Of a stretch of DNA of 59,303 nt, positions 47,390-56,602 are shown piece after piece (position 1 is the first letter of the stretch; each line of letters opens with the position of its first letter). Location: the IMG/VR virus record IMGVR_UViG_3300030095_000202, positions 1-59,303 of that record. One strand, written 5' to 3'. The position numbers and the translations under genes are program-made. The DNA is from a virus (Duplodnaviria; Caudoviricetes). The notes beneath the pieces were generated by a model. That model saw only the letters and a program-made list of their open reading frames with translations. It had not been told where the DNA came from and searched no databases.

Positions 47390-47700
47390 GGTGTAATGTA
47401 TCGTAATGTATCCTGTGTGTGTCGTGTAAGTGGTTGATTTTAAAGTAATGTAACAAAGTAGTAATGTATCCTATATAAGTAAGCGATCTGGGGATTTGGG
47501 GTCTATCGTTGAGAAGGTGGATACAATAGGCTGCGCCCCCCAACGAAGGAGGGGTAAATCGTAAAAGAAAATTGTTAAAAAAAAGAGGATACATTAGATA
47601 CATTAGATACTTTACTTTAATAACAATAGGTTACGAGGATACAGTAGGCAAAACAAAAGATACATTAGATACATTGCTGCATTATCAATGACTTAGCTAA
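47390..47700. repeat. Iteron-like 9-mers in two opposed clusters, candidate replication origin
   Basis: TAATGTA(T/A)C at 47394, 47404, 47446, 47462. GATACATT(A/G) at 47588, 47597, 47659, 47668. AT-rich and non-coding. Confidence 0.6.
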
Positions 47701-47889
47701 ATTAGTGTAGGGTGTGTAGGGTTACTGCTAACTTTTATGTTTCTAGTCCTAGATCACTAGACGCACTACGTGTGAAGCAGCTCACTGTGTGACGGTATGG
47801 GGAATCCCATACGTGGTAAGCCATTGCATACATGGACAACCGTAGCACTACGCAGGTGACGCTTGGCAACCGATAACATAGCGCACATC

Positions 47890-48131
47890 GCTACTCCGAA
47901 AACTGGCCTCGATTGTGTATGGGTTTCCCCATACAGGTGGGCGTATGAGGTACTTCAGACAGGCGTGTGCGTACCGCTGCATCGACGGGCGTAACGCTGC
48001 TCCGAGAACTGGCTTCGGAGGGCGTATGGGTTTCCCCATACCGGATCGCATAGGATCATGATTGATTGGCCTTGCGCGGGTGTGCGAGCGCGTGGCGAGG
48101 GGGGCACAAAGCTACTCCGAGAACTGGTATC
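47890..48131. repeat. 21-bp direct repeat GCT(A/G)CTCCGA(A/G)AACTGG(C/T)NTC, 3 copies
   Basis: Copies start at 47890, 47996 and 48111, with a degenerate copy at 39610. Confidence 0.8.
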
Positions 48132-48139
48132 TAAAGCAC

Positions 48140-48175
48140 AAAAAAAGAGAGGATAGAACCGAAGTCCTATCCCCT
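48140..48175 (-). terminator. Rho-independent terminator
   Basis: Minus strand AGGGGATAGGAC-TTCG-GTTCTATCCTCT-CTTTTTTT. Confidence 0.88.
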
Positions 48176-48184
48176 GTAGTGTAG

Positions 48185-48493
48185 TTAGCTGTAATCGTCG
48201 TAGCAGTCGTTGTCAGGAACACCTCTGACCGAGATCTTTTTTACCTTGGCTTTGGGTTTTAACATAACCTCCTGAGCCTCTATGTCTCGCTTTGCGAGCC
48301 ACTCGATGTAAACGTTATCGTCTATGCCGAGCAGCCCAGTATCTGCTTGTACGTTCATGATGTGAGCAAGCGTCTTCTCTACGCTTTGCCGTGCCATAAA
48401 CAAGTCTTCTTTTGCTTGGAAGACTATGCTTCTCGTTTCGTCCATGTCATTCACTATTTCCTGTAGTGTCTGGTGTAGGTTGAGATCGTTCAT
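48185..48493 (-). CDS. Hypothetical early protein
   Basis: AGGAGAACTACAATG start. Confidence 0.75.
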   Translation of the reverse strand: MNDLNLHQTLQEIVNDMDETRSIVFQAKEDLFMARQSVEKTLAHIMNVQADTGLLGIDDNVYIEWLAKRDIEAQEVMLKPKAKVKKISVRGVPDNDCYDDYS

Positions 48494-48594
48494 TGTAGTT
48501 CTCCTATGTGACCTAGCGTCACGTCAAACCCCCCATGTGAGGGGCTTGTCAGTAAGGCTAGTTGACCTCGGCGTTGCCGCCGAGGTCGTTAGTG

Positions 48595-49248
48595 TTAGTC
48601 TTTGATGACGGGGATCGTACCGCCGACATATTTCATCAACTCTTTGAGCATCTTCTGCAGCCCCTCAACATCGTTGCCGTCTGGCAAGTTGATGCCTTCA
48701 TCTTTGTAGGTGCGGAGGAAGAACTTTGCGTTCTCTTCACCAATTGCCTCGACCAAAGTACGGTTGGCGTTTCCGCCAGCCGCGATACGAGCCGCTTTTA
48801 CTTTGCGCCCCTCTATCCCTTTCTGCAGGTCATCCAGAACTTTGTTCAACAACCTGTCGTAGTACTTATAGTTGAACGCATCGCCTGCCGCGTTGTGGGT
48901 GTTACCCTCGTTGTTGGGTGCGACCCTACCTGCCGCTTTGACACCGCCCATAGCATAAAGCTCTTGCGCCGCGTCGCTAAGCCGATGAATTAGCGTATTT
49001 TCTTTGAACAGTTTTACCTGCTCAAGCGAAAGAGAACGCTTGGACACCATGACCTTCCGCTTGTCAATTACACGGTAAAAGTTGGCGGTGTTAACACCAT
49101 GCTTAACACACCATGTGATAAGCTCGCCTCGACCCTCGCCGCTTGCTTTTTCTTTCTTGCTGTAAGAAAGACCGAGTGCTGAAAGCTCAGAGAACTGAGT
49201 TGCAGTGATAGCGTTCAAAGCCGCCACGCTTGTAGTAGTTTTACCCAT
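48595..49248 (-). CDS. Hypothetical early protein, first gene of the arm
   Basis: GGAGG RBS before ATG 49248. Confidence 0.75.
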   Translation of the reverse strand: MGKTTTSVAALNAITATQFSELSALGLSYSKKEKASGEGRGELITWCVKHGVNTANFYRVIDKRKVMVSKRSLSLEQVKLFKENTLIHRLSDAAQELYAMGGVKAAGRVAPNNEGNTHNAAGDAFNYKYYDRLLNKVLDDLQKGIEGRKVKAARIAAGGNANRTLVEAIGEENAKFFLRTYKDEGINLPDGNDVEGLQKMLKELMKYVGGTIPVIKD

Positions 49249-49518
49249 TGGGAAAACCTCCTGTAATCGAAAGACACGATCCAAATTCCGTTTCATCGCC
49301 TTTCGATGTAATAGTTATGGCATGAAACAAAGCGCTTGTCACTGGCTGACAGGTTAGAGCCTTAAATGATATTGGATACAGTTCAAACGCCCTACATACC
49401 GTAAAAACTGGTATAGCCAGACCCCACCACCCCCTGACCCCCCTTGATTGGCGACTGTGCGCGCATAACTATATAATACTAATTTAGACAAACTTTTTAC
49501 GTTTCCACACGTTTCGAC

Positions 49519-49556
49519 GCTAGGCACGGGTATCAAAAAGCTAGGCACGGGTATCA
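49519..49556. repeat. 17-bp direct repeat GCTAGGCACGGGTATCA, 2 copies
   Basis: 49519-49535 and 49540-49556, flanked by C tracts. Confidence 0.85.
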
Positions 49557-49640
49557 CCACCCCCCTACCTAAAAAAACCCCCCTACCCAAAAATATTATT
49601 ATAGTGTAAAAAAATTTTATACGTGTTGGAGGACACCGCT

Positions 49641-49793
49641 ATGGACCCGGACAAGATCATAGACTTCCCCGTACTGTCTGAACTGGATCGGCAGTTTCTT
49701 GAGCTAGAGAAACAGCAAGAACTGATACGTGAGCAGACAAAGCGTATAGAAGAAGATAAGCTGGTTAAGTTTATAGAGGATATGTACAAGTGA
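49641..49793 (+). CDS. 50-aa hypothetical protein, absent from the ORF track
   Basis: GGAGG RBS. MDPDKIIDFPVLSELDRQF... Its stop overlaps the TerS start. Confidence 0.65.
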   Translation: MDPDKIIDFPVLSELDRQFLELEKQQELIREQTKRIEEDKLVKFIEDMYK

Positions 49794-50407
49794 CCATAAC
49801 TGTAGAACCGGAGGTAGGTATCCCTCTGCCTGAGTCAGCAACAAAAATTAAGTTAGCCGATAGAATATCTGCTGCTGCAGAAACATCCAAGTTGCTTGCA
49901 TCGCATGGGTTGGATATACAGGTGACGGCAGAGGATAAAGACAACGCTGCCAAGATAGCCACTGCGTTTGCTGCGGACCCTATAATGACTACGAAGAAGG
50001 CCACGCCGAAGAGAACGGCGGCGCTGACGCCTGCTACGTTACTTTTAACTGATAGAATACTTAAAGATTTTGGTCATTCAGTCGTTAAGAGTAGTACCCA
50101 GATAAGGCACCTAGTCACAAACAAGTTAATCGAAGAGACCGAGAACCCAGACGCACGGATACGGATACGCGCACTAGAACTATTAGGTAAGGTCTCAGAC
50201 GTGGGGCTGTTTGCCGAGAAAGCCGAAGTAACTGTCACTCACCAGACTACAGATGATATCAGAGATAGACTGCGGGATAAGTTAACTAAACTCGTAGATG
50301 TTACGCCAGACGATGATGTAGAAGATGCCGAGATCATAGACGCCACACCTGTCGATAATACGCCCATAGACATAGACGCCGAGCTAGGGTTAGACGATGA
50401 AGGATAA
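49790..50407 (+). CDS. terS: Putative terminase small subunit
   Basis: RIRALELLGKVSDVGLF motif, immediately upstream of TerL. Confidence 0.7.
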   Translation: MTITVEPEVGIPLPESATKIKLADRISAAAETSKLLASHGLDIQVTAEDKDNAAKIATAFAADPIMTTKKATPKRTAALTPATLLLTDRILKDFGHSVVKSSTQIRHLVTNKLIEETENPDARIRIRALELLGKVSDVGLFAEKAEVTVTHQTTDDIRDRLRDKLTKLVDVTPDDDVEDAEIIDATPVDNTPIDIDAELGLDDEG

Positions 50408-51941
50408 TGTGGGCTTCTCCGAGGAAGAAGTTCAGCATATGCTGGACAACTTGGACAGCTTCTCAGACGAAGAAATAGCCGAGATAGACAAGCTGGTAGA
50501 AGAGCTGGGGATACGTAAGCGCAACAAAACCGCTTACGATGACCTGATAGAGTTCTGTAAACGGATGCAAGATGACTACATAGTAGGGCGTCACCACCGT
50601 ATCCTTGCTGATTTGTTGATGGCTATTGAGGCGGGAGACGAGGATCGCATATGTGTCAACATACCCCCACGCCACGGCAAGTCTCAGCTAGTATCTATAT
50701 TTTTCCCTGCGTGGTTCTTAGGACGTAATCCTAACAAGAAGGTTATGATGGTGTCACACACCACTGACCTAGCTGTGGATTTTGGACGTAAGGTACGTAA
50801 CCTCATCTCCCTAGATGACTATAAAGCAATATTTCCTGCGGTTAAGTTAGCGGTGGATAGTAAGTCTGCGGGGCGTTGGAATACGAATTTTGGTGGTGAG
50901 TATTATGCGTGTGGTGTTGGTTCTGCTCTTGCTGGTCGGGGCGCTGACCTCCTGCTCATTGACGATCCCCACTCAGAACAAGATGTTATCAACGGCAACT
51001 TCTCCGTGTTTGAGAGAGCATACGAGTGGTATACCTTTGGTGCGCGTACTCGTCTTATGCCGGGTGGTAGAGTAGCTATCATACAGACGCGCTGGCACAT
51101 GGATGACCTGACAGGTCGTGTGACTTCTGACATGGTGAAGAACGAGAAGTCAGATCAGTTTGAGATCATAGAGTTCCCCGCCATCTTAGACTCCGAAGAT
51201 GATGACGGTAAGCCCATACAGAAACCGCTGTGGCCTGAGTTCTTTGACTTAGAGGCGCTACTACGCACAAAGTCATCTATGCCCACGTTCCAGTGGAACG
51301 CACAGTATCAGCAGCAACCCACCGCAGAAGAAGCGTCTATCGTCAAACGTGAGTGGTGGCGCATATGGGCAGACGATGACCCACCTGAATGTGAGTACAT
51401 CATAATGTCGCTTGATGCCGCAGCCGAGAAACATAACCGCGCTGACTATACATCACTCACAACGTGGGGTGTGTTCTTCAACGAAGAAGAGGAGATGCAC
51501 AACCTCATCCTGTTAAACGCTATAAAAGAGCGCATGGAGTTCCCAGAGCTAAAAGAGCTAGCTGTACAAGAATATCATGATTGGGAACCTGACGCGTTTA
51601 TCGTGGAGAAAAAGTCATCGGGGTCAGCCTTGTATCAAGAGATGAGACGTATGGACCTGCCTGTGCAGGAGTACACACCCCACCGTGGATCGGGTGATAA
51701 GATGGCACGTCTTAACTCTGTGGCTGACATAATACGGTCAGAACTGTGTTGGGTTCCGCCAAAACGCTGGGCAGAAGAGTTGGTAGAAGAAATAGCTGGG
51801 TTTCCGTTTATGTCTAACGATGACCAAGTTGACTCTACAGTTATGGCCCTGTTGCGTTTTAGGCAGGGTGGGTTCATACGACTACCCACTGATGTGTGGG
51901 ATGACGAGCCTGATACACCTCAAAGAGCGGACTATTATTAA
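50397..51941 (+). CDS. terL: Terminase large subunit
   Basis: PPRHGKS, LLLIDDP, QTRWH, QYQQQP and DDQVDS motifs. Confidence 0.95.
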   Translation: MKDNVGFSEEEVQHMLDNLDSFSDEEIAEIDKLVEELGIRKRNKTAYDDLIEFCKRMQDDYIVGRHHRILADLLMAIEAGDEDRICVNIPPRHGKSQLVSIFFPAWFLGRNPNKKVMMVSHTTDLAVDFGRKVRNLISLDDYKAIFPAVKLAVDSKSAGRWNTNFGGEYYACGVGSALAGRGADLLLIDDPHSEQDVINGNFSVFERAYEWYTFGARTRLMPGGRVAIIQTRWHMDDLTGRVTSDMVKNEKSDQFEIIEFPAILDSEDDDGKPIQKPLWPEFFDLEALLRTKSSMPTFQWNAQYQQQPTAEEASIVKREWWRIWADDDPPECEYIIMSLDAAAEKHNRADYTSLTTWGVFFNEEEEMHNLILLNAIKERMEFPELKELAVQEYHDWEPDAFIVEKKSSGSALYQEMRRMDLPVQEYTPHRGSGDKMARLNSVADIIRSELCWVPPKRWAEELVEEIAGFPFMSNDDQVDSTVMALLRFRQGGFIRLPTDVWDDEPDTPQRADYY

Positions 51942-52105
51942 CGTGCTAGCTTTATCACGCGAGTTTTGATATCACGCCTATAGGACGCTGGCCGCGTCCC
52001 GTGGGGGTGTTCTGGGTTTCCTCCCAACCTATAGGGCACCCTCACATCGACAAAGGTATACTTATTTGCTAGAACTACAAAAGAAACACCGTAGCGAGGC
52101 CCGAC

Positions 52106-54547
52106 ATGGCGATTGAAAAAATGATGACTCCCAATGAGATTGAGTTGATGGGTGAGACCCCTGACTTAGAGGTAGAAGTCATGGCCGATGCTGATAGCGC
52201 AGTTGAAGTCGAGATGGATGATGGGTCTGTAGTCATAAACTTTGGGAGTCCCGGACTTGATGATGACCTTGATGCAGCTATGGCAGATCACAATGCGAAC
52301 CTAGCCGAGGGTATTGAGGACGCGATGTTGGAAAGCATGGCGTCTGAGTTAGTTGAAGACTTCGACAATGACCGTGCGTCACGCAAAGAATGGGCTACAT
52401 CATATATAAACGGTTTAGATTTGTTGGGTATGAAGATTGAGGACCGTTCACAGCCTTGGCAGGGGGCCTCTGGGGTGTATCACCCTATGCTCACCGAGGC
52501 TGTAGTACGGTTCCAAGCGCAGGCTATGAGTGAACTTATGCCTGCATCCGGCCCTGTTAAGTCAAAAATCGTCGGTAAGATGACACCTGAGAAATTTAAA
52601 CAATCTCAACGTGTAGAAACAGAACTTAACTATCTTATAACGGAAGAAATGCCCGATTATCGGAACGAAATGGAGCAAATGCTGTTCAAACTTCCGTTGG
52701 CTGGCTCCGCATTTAAGAAAATTTACTATGATCCAATCTTAGAACGCCCTGTGTCTGTGTTCGTACCTGCTGAAGACTTCGTAGCGTCCTACGGTGCGTC
52801 TAACCTACGTACTTGTCCGCGCTACACACACGTTATGAAGAAAACTTACGAAGAAATTCGCGCATTACAGGTAAATGGGTTCTACGCAGACGTGGAACTA
52901 CCGGAACCAACGCGTGATATTACGGACATTGAAGAAAAATACAACGAAATGGACGGGACAGAGCCTGTTTATAGCGATGACCCACGCCACACACTGCTAG
53001 AAATGCACGTAGATATCATACTACCCGAGCCATTTGACGATCCTGACGGTTTGGCACTTCCATTTGTGATTACTATGGACAAATCTTCGCGCACAATCCT
53101 AGCAATACGCAGAAATTGGTACGAAGAAGACAAAAAGAGACGGAAACGTAGTCATTTTGTACATTATCCATACCTGCCGGGGATGGGATTTTATGGGACA
53201 GGCTTAATTCACACTATAGGTGGGCTGGCAAAGTCCGCTACGTCCATTATGAGGCAGCTTATCGACGCTGGGACACTATCTAACCTACCAGCAGGGTTAA
53301 AATCCCGTGGTATGCGGATCAAAGGGGATAATACACCCCTTATGCCCGGAGAATTTAGAGACGTTGACATTCCGGGTGGGGCGATCAAGGATTCTATTAC
53401 TTTCCTACCGTACAAAGAGCCGTCACAGGTGCTGTATACCCTCCTAAACAACGTGGTTGAGGAAGGACGGCGCATTGGCTCTGTAGGGGACATGCAGGTA
53501 GGGGATATGAACGCACAGGCTCCTGTGGGCACCACACTGGCGCTTATGGAACGGTCTATGAAGGTTATGTCGGGCGTACAGGCGCGTCTACATGCAGCTA
53601 TGAAGGAAGAACTACGCATCCTAGCGCGTATTGTGCATGACTATATGCCGTCTGAGTATGCGTATGAGATGGATGAGCCTGCAGATCGCGCTGCAGACTT
53701 TGATGGACGTGTAGATGTAGTACCCGTGTCTGATCCTAACGCCGCTACTATGGCGCAGCGTATAATGCAGTATCAAGCAGCTTTGCAAATGGCGCAACAA
53801 GCACCACAGTTGTATGATCTAGGTAAATTACATCGTCAAATGCTTGAGGTTCTGGGTATTCCAGACGCAGAAGACATTATAAAACTGCCTGACGATATAA
53901 AACCTGCTGATCCTGTGTCTGAGAATATGTCGATAATGAAGCAAGAGCCTGTAAAAGCGTTTTCGTATCAGGATCACGAAGCACATATTATGACCCACAT
54001 GGCGGCGCTACAAGACCCCAAGATACAGCAGATCGTGGGTCAGTCGCCGTTTGCAGGGGCCATACAAGCTGCTATGCAGTCTCACGTCACAGAACACATA
54101 GCACTACAGTATCGCAAAGAGATCGAAGCACAGCTAGGCACAGAGCTACCTAATCAGGATGAGCCACTACCAGAGTCTGTAGAGCTTGAACTGTCTAAGG
54201 TGGTCGCACAGGCGGCAGGACAGCTACTCAAGAAAGATCAGGCCGAGGTAGCCGCTGAAGAGAACGCCAAGCAACAGGCAGACCCCCTGACGCAGCTACA
54301 GCAGCGCGAGATGGCTATTAAAGAGCAGGAACTGCAGCACAAGATGCAGATGGATCAGGCCAAGCTACAGCTTGATATGGAGAATAAACGGGCGAATGTT
54401 GGTCTTCAAGAGGGTCGTATGGAAGCTGACAATGCTAAAGCAGCGGCTGATATACAATTAAAAGTAGCTGAGTTGCAGACAAAAGAAGATACTGAAGCTA
54501 TTAAACTAGCTATGGAAGCAGCTAGAGATATAAACGATAGGGACTAA
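52106..54547 (+). CDS. Portal protein (P22-like, long C-terminal coiled coil)
   Basis: 813 aa directly after TerL. GSAFKKIY and GFYGTGL motifs, Gln-rich tail. Confidence 0.85.
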   Translation: MAIEKMMTPNEIELMGETPDLEVEVMADADSAVEVEMDDGSVVINFGSPGLDDDLDAAMADHNANLAEGIEDAMLESMASELVEDFDNDRASRKEWATSYINGLDLLGMKIEDRSQPWQGASGVYHPMLTEAVVRFQAQAMSELMPASGPVKSKIVGKMTPEKFKQSQRVETELNYLITEEMPDYRNEMEQMLFKLPLAGSAFKKIYYDPILERPVSVFVPAEDFVASYGASNLRTCPRYTHVMKKTYEEIRALQVNGFYADVELPEPTRDITDIEEKYNEMDGTEPVYSDDPRHTLLEMHVDIILPEPFDDPDGLALPFVITMDKSSRTILAIRRNWYEEDKKRRKRSHFVHYPYLPGMGFYGTGLIHTIGGLAKSATSIMRQLIDAGTLSNLPAGLKSRGMRIKGDNTPLMPGEFRDVDIPGGAIKDSITFLPYKEPSQVLYTLLNNVVEEGRRIGSVGDMQVGDMNAQAPVGTTLALMERSMKVMSGVQARLHAAMKEELRILARIVHDYMPSEYAYEMDEPADRAADFDGRVDVVPVSDPNAATMAQRIMQYQAALQMAQQAPQLYDLGKLHRQMLEVLGIPDAEDIIKLPDDIKPADPVSENMSIMKQEPVKAFSYQDHEAHIMTHMAALQDPKIQQIVGQSPFAGAIQAAMQSHVTEHIALQYRKEIEAQLGTELPNQDEPLPESVELELSKVVAQAAGQLLKKDQAEVAAEENAKQQADPLTQLQQREMAIKEQELQHKMQMDQAKLQLDMENKRANVGLQEGRMEADNAKAAADIQLKVAELQTKEDTEAIKLAMEAARDINDRD

Positions 54548-54550
54548 TAC

Positions 54551-54739
54551 GTGGAGCAGAGCATTTTCCTAACGGTGCTGAACCGTGTAGAGGAACAACG
54601 CAGCGCAATACGTCACCATCTAGCAGGTGGTGGCGCTACAAATGACAGGGAATACTGGAAGTTTGTAGGTGAGTACGAGGCGTTGGGCAACATAGCTACA
54701 GAAATCAAAGAAGTTGAACAACGATATATTGATACATAG
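54551..54739 (+). CDS. Hypothetical protein
   Basis: Small ORF after the portal with an EY...VG motif. Confidence 0.65.
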   Translation: MEQSIFLTVLNRVEEQRSAIRHHLAGGGATNDREYWKFVGEYEALGNIATEIKEVEQRYIDT

Positions 54740-54820
54740 AACTTTTAGTTGTATGGAAAAAATACGTGGGTGATCCACGCTAGGGCGCTGTGAGCCTTTA
54801 ATCACTGCTAGGAGACTAAA

Positions 54821-55189
54821 ATGTACGCGGCCAACAAAGTAGAAGATAGCGAACTGCAAGCTAAACTTCCCGAACCCAAAGGCTTTAAAGTCTTAATTGC
54901 AGTCCCAGAATTAGACGGAAAGACAGAAGGCGGTGTTATTATGCCTGATGCTCTTAAATCTATGGAAGAGACTGCATCTATAATTGGGTTTGTTATAAAA
55001 ACCGGACCCGAGGCTTACACAGACAAAGAACGGTTCCCCAGTGGACCTTACTGTGAGGAGGGGGATTTTGTAATCTTCCGTTCTTACTCAGGCACTAGAT
55101 TTAAGGTGATGGGTAAAGAGTTTCGCATTATCAACGATGACACTGTAGAAGCAGTGGTAGAAGACCCACGGGGGTATAGTAGAGCATGA
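54821..55189 (+). CDS. groES: Co-chaperonin GroES-like protein
   Basis: PKGFKVLI, mobile loop KTEGGVIMPD, GDFVIF..YSGT and RIINDD. Confidence 0.9.
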   Translation: MYAANKVEDSELQAKLPEPKGFKVLIAVPELDGKTEGGVIMPDALKSMEETASIIGFVIKTGPEAYTDKERFPSGPYCEEGDFVIFRSYSGTRFKVMGKEFRIINDDTVEAVVEDPRGYSRA

Positions 55190-56118
55190 GTGGCGCAGAG
55201 CAAGCCGTAGAAGATACGGGCACCGTAGAAGTCAACATGGATTCGTCTGAAGACATTGTTGTAGAGGTTGAAGATGATACTCCTGAAGAGGACAAAGGCC
55301 GACCACGCCGAGCCAAAGGCGAAGAAGCTGATATCCCTGAAGATGATGACCTTGAAAAACATAGTGAGTCCGTACAAAAACGGATTAAAAAACTAAAGTT
55401 TGAGTTTCACGAAGAGCGTAGGCGCAAAGAAGAAGCAGAACGTGAACGCGAAGCTGCCGTGCAGTACGCACAAAATGCTAAGAGTGAAGCTGATAAGCTA
55501 CGCAAAAACCTGTCTGAGGGTGAGGGCGTCCTCATTACACAGGCAAAAGCACGTAATGAGTCTGAGCTTTCGCAGGCAAAAGCAGCTTATAAACAGGCGT
55601 ATGATGCGGGTGATTCTGACGCGGTTATTGAAGCACAATCAGCTATGGTTAAACTACAGACCGAAGCTGATCGCATTGAAAACTGGAAGCCCCGTTCTGC
55701 CGAAGCACCTGAACAACCTGCTCCTGCTCCTAGACCTCGCGCACCTGAACCTGATAAAAAAGCGCAAGAATGGGTAGCTCGTAATCCTTGGTTTACTGAG
55801 GATAAGGCTATGGAGCGGTATGCTATGCTTGTGCATCAGGAGCTAGTAGAAGAAGGAGTTGATTCTTCTTCCGATACATACTATAGTCGAATTGATGTTG
55901 CTATGAGGCAACGTTACCCAGATAGGTTTGACGATGTTGAAGAGGACAGAAAACCGCAACGTCAGGCTGGCTCCGTGGTGGCCCCGAGTGGTAGAAATAC
56001 TGCTACATCACGCAACACGGTTAAACTGACCTCCTCTGAGGCCGCTATCGCCAAGCGACTTGGAGTATCACTAAAAGACTACGCGGCGCAAAAACTGAAG
56101 GAATTAAACAATGGCTGA
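55186..56118 (+). CDS. Putative capsid scaffolding protein
   Basis: Acidic N-terminus, long coiled coil, C-terminal IAKRLGVS..YA. Confidence 0.7.
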   Translation: MSGAEQAVEDTGTVEVNMDSSEDIVVEVEDDTPEEDKGRPRRAKGEEADIPEDDDLEKHSESVQKRIKKLKFEFHEERRRKEEAEREREAAVQYAQNAKSEADKLRKNLSEGEGVLITQAKARNESELSQAKAAYKQAYDAGDSDAVIEAQSAMVKLQTEADRIENWKPRSAEAPEQPAPAPRPRAPEPDKKAQEWVARNPWFTEDKAMERYAMLVHQELVEEGVDSSSDTYYSRIDVAMRQRYPDRFDDVEEDRKPQRQAGSVVAPSGRNTATSRNTVKLTSSEAAIAKRLGVSLKDYAAQKLKELNNG

Positions 56119-56554
56119 TCGCAAACCCCGCTCTTTGAACACTCGTGAAACAGGTGAACGCAGAAAACCGTGGAAGCGATCCTCTATGCTACCTACCCCC
56201 GAACCGCGTGACGGACTTGCGTTTCGCTGGATTCGCACAGCTACCTTGGGTACAGGTGACATGACCAATGTTTCGCAAAGGTTCCGAGATGGGTACGTAG
56301 CTGTGAAAGCAGAAGACTACCCTGAACTACAGATTATGTCCGATATTGACTCGCGCTTTAAGGACAATATTGAAGTCGGCGGGTTATTGCTCTGTGCAAT
56401 ACCTAAAGAATTGCAAGAAGACCGAGAATACGGTCAGTTGGAGACTGCACAACATCAGTCCGACGCCGTAGATAGGAATTTCATGCGGGAATCCGACCCC
56501 CGTATGCCCGTAATGCCTTCCGAACGGTCTACTCGCACCTCATTTGGTAAGTAG
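56111..56554 (+). CDS. Conserved hypothetical head-module protein
   Basis: FRWIR...VGGLLLC motif. Confidence 0.75.
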   Translation: MADRKPRSLNTRETGERRKPWKRSSMLPTPEPRDGLAFRWIRTATLGTGDMTNVSQRFRDGYVAVKAEDYPELQIMSDIDSRFKDNIEVGGLLLCAIPKELQEDREYGQLETAQHQSDAVDRNFMRESDPRMPVMPSERSTRTSFGK

Positions 56555-56602
56555 CCTTCTGGCGCTTGCTGTAAATAAAATCGTAATAGAGGAGAGACTT
56601 AA

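Larger units (their letters stand above)
39638..48041. promoter_or_regulatory. Dispersed 18-bp palindrome GTATGGG-N4-CCCATAC, 9 copies
   Basis: Copies start at 39638, 42194, 43017, 43972 (one mismatch), 46791, 47211, 47795, 47917 and 48024. Confidence 0.85.

Noticed and set aside
47325-47603. 92-aa minus-strand ORF (also 49354..49590 and 49583..49789)
   Set aside because: These run through repeat or low-complexity DNA, or lie antisense to an RBS-supported gene.
46987-48051. ORFs containing MGKPI or MGFPI (46987..47235, 47848..48051, and extended starts at 42230 and 46815)
   Set aside because: The shared peptide is just the translated DNA palindrome. Better RBS-supported starts or alternative frames exist.
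47795-48131. CRISPR array
   Set aside because: Only about 3 degenerate composite units with 60-75 nt spacers, and the same motifs are dispersed elsewhere. There is no cas operon; the Cas4-like nuclease sits in the replication module.
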